Below are positions 57,671-59,002 of a stretch of 59,002 nt of DNA, piece after piece (the first letter of the stretch is position 1; each line of letters opens with the position of its first letter). The DNA lies in assembly GCA_015522685.1 (NCBI GenBank), contig WALU01000016.1:1-59002 (forward strand). Direction: 5' to 3'. A program made the translations under genes and the position numbers. Under the pieces are notes generated by a model. It was not told the DNA's origin. It made no database searches and worked only from the letters and a program-made list of their open reading frames with translations. This DNA is from Thermoproteota archaeon (GTDB taxonomy: Archaea; Korarchaeota; Korarchaeia; Korarchaeales; Korarchaeaceae).

Positions 57671-58234
57671 TTAAGAGTTTAATACTATCGATATTATCTT
57701 CCATTTCAACTCCTCCAAACTCCCCTCATTTAGAACGAAGTGATCGGCCATGGCAATGGCATCTCCCATATGAAAAGTCTTTATTTCTCTCTCGTCTTCC
57801 TTCAGAAACTTGAAGTATTCTGATTCATCGAAACCAGATCTCCTTCTTTTGAATTGTCTTAAGAATCTCAGTTTTTTCGAAGCAAATATAGCGAGAGTTA
57901 TTGCCTCTTCCCCAAATTCTCTCTTAAATTCCTCTATCTCTTCTACATTTCTTATACCATTCACCACGAAATGGCTGGCATTCGAATTTTTCGCTTTTGA
58001 AATAACGAGCTTTGCTATTGCAGCCATCCCCATCTCTTTCCTAAGCTCCATCCCAATCTTTCTCATATTTTCCCGTGTAATAGGGAGCTCTTTCCTCATT
58101 AGCTTCTCTAATAGCTCATCACTCATTCTAAAGACTTTATATCCAAGCTCTTCTTCAATTATCTTAGCTGCTACATCTTTTCCGCTTCCAGGAAGCCCTA
58201 CAATCAATATCACTCTTTTGCCCAGTTGATTCAT
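57671..58234 (-). CDS. P-loop nucleotide kinase (UPF0200 / dephospho-CoA kinase-like)
   Basis: IVGLPGSGKD, TREN...G-x-ELR, GIRN-x-EE and AD-x-x-V-x-NEGSLEEL. Confidence 0.85.
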   Translation of the reverse strand: MNQLGKRVILIVGLPGSGKDVAAKIIEEELGYKVFRMSDELLEKLMRKELPITRENMRKIGMELRKEMGMAAIAKLVISKAKNSNASHFVVNGIRNVEEIEEFKREFGEEAITLAIFASKKLRFLRQFKRRRSGFDESEYFKFLKEDEREIKTFHMGDAIAMADHFVLNEGSLEELKWKIISIVLNS

Positions 58235-58334
58235 TGGGAGACCATCCTCCTACTTCTAAAAAAGATCCACCTTAATTATTGAAGCAGAGGAGTAGTTTTA
58301 TAGAAGATCCATTAGCATGAAAGGGGATTAAAAG

Positions 58335-59002
58335 ATGATCTCTATAATAGAAATCGAAACAGTAAGTCAAGGAGAAGGGATCATCCCTTTTGCAGGACCT
58401 CCTTTAAGAAAAGCGCTCTTTAAAGCAGTTTCTTCTCAGAATTCGCTCCTAGCTAGGGCCTTAGAAATGTCATCAAACAAAATATTTGTGGAAGCTCTGC
58501 TTAGAGATAAAAAACAACTTCCTTGCGGCTTTCAAGATGAACTTGTATATATAGGCTCCGAGTATAGAGGATCTATAATAATATTTGATAACAGCACAAT
58601 TGCGGATGCTGTGAGGAGGTGGGTATATAAGAAACCTCTTATTAGAATAAAGGATGTAACATTTAAGATAGTTGGACATTCCTACCAGGAGATAAATATA
58701 GAGGACTTTATACAGGATCAACCATGTAAAAATTTTAGGATAAGGTTTCTTACTCCTACTTGCTTTAGAAGGTCTTCCACCCCTTACTGCTACCTATATC
58801 CTAATTCAAAGATAATAGCATCATCGGCATCATCTGTTTGGAATGCTCTTTCCCCTAAAAAAGGGCCTGAAACAAGAATAATGTCTATATGGACTGATCT
58901 AAGTGTCATTGAAACAGGATATGAGATATGTACTACAAAACCCATCGAGATAAGTGAGGGAAGAACACTAGTTGGTTTCATGGGGTGGGTGAATTACAAG
59001 GT
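58335..59002 (+). CDS. cas6: CRISPR-associated endoribonuclease Cas6 (3' partial)
   Basis: Not in the ORF track because there is no stop in the window. Open frame from ATG 58335 with FRIRFLTPTCFR, YLYP, S-x-x-x-x-WNA and VGFMGWVNY; the Gly-rich loop lies beyond the window. Confidence 0.8.
   Translation, partial: MISIIEIETVSQGEGIIPFAGPPLRKALFKAVSSQNSLLARALEMSSNKIFVEALLRDKKQLPCGFQDELVYIGSEYRGSIIIFDNSTIADAVRRWVYKKPLIRIKDVTFKIVGHSYQEINIEDFIQDQPCKNFRIRFLTPTCFRRSSTPYCYLYPNSKIIASSASSVWNALSPKKGPETRIMSIWTDLSVIETGYEICTTKPIEISEGRTLVGFMGWVNYK

Noticed and set aside
56180-58330. Possible CRISPR array or leader near cas6
   Set aside because: No regularly spaced direct repeats; the region is explained by pseudogenes, the RNA candidate and a kinase gene.
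58473-58981. Two minus-strand track ORFs at the window end
   Set aside because: They are antisense to the open cas6 frame and have no motifs.

Overview
Chromosomal window from a thermophilic-type archaeon. The evidence is an HMf-type histone, ribosomal S25e, egsA, the nurA-herA-mre11-rad50 operon, an archaeal-type SAM synthetase and GGTGA Shine-Dalgarno motifs; Korarchaeia is a plausible but unproven guess. Most of it is dense housekeeping sequence (about 60 CDS, tRNA-Arg(UCG), tRNA-Asp(GUC)). It begins inside a PKD-domain surface protein and ends inside a cas6 gene missed by the ORF track; no CRISPR array is in the window. The strongest unexplained signal is a 135-nt GC-rich, multi-branched structured RNA candidate (56741-56875). 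It has its own BRE/TATA promoter and sits intact between two heavily decayed pseudogenes (endonuclease IV and a PflX-like radical SAM). Other notable items: a UppP/BacA-like domain fused to a DedA/VTT domain near a PAP2-like gene, a PspA (ESCRT-III family) gene paired with a membrane-anchored winged-helix protein, and an Hrq/MrfA-like helicase plus Hsp20 appended to the DSB-repair operon. There is also a DUF59 gene split at a canonical -1 slippery heptamer and several apparent pseudoenzymes. All family assignments come from motif recognition by eye, not database searches.
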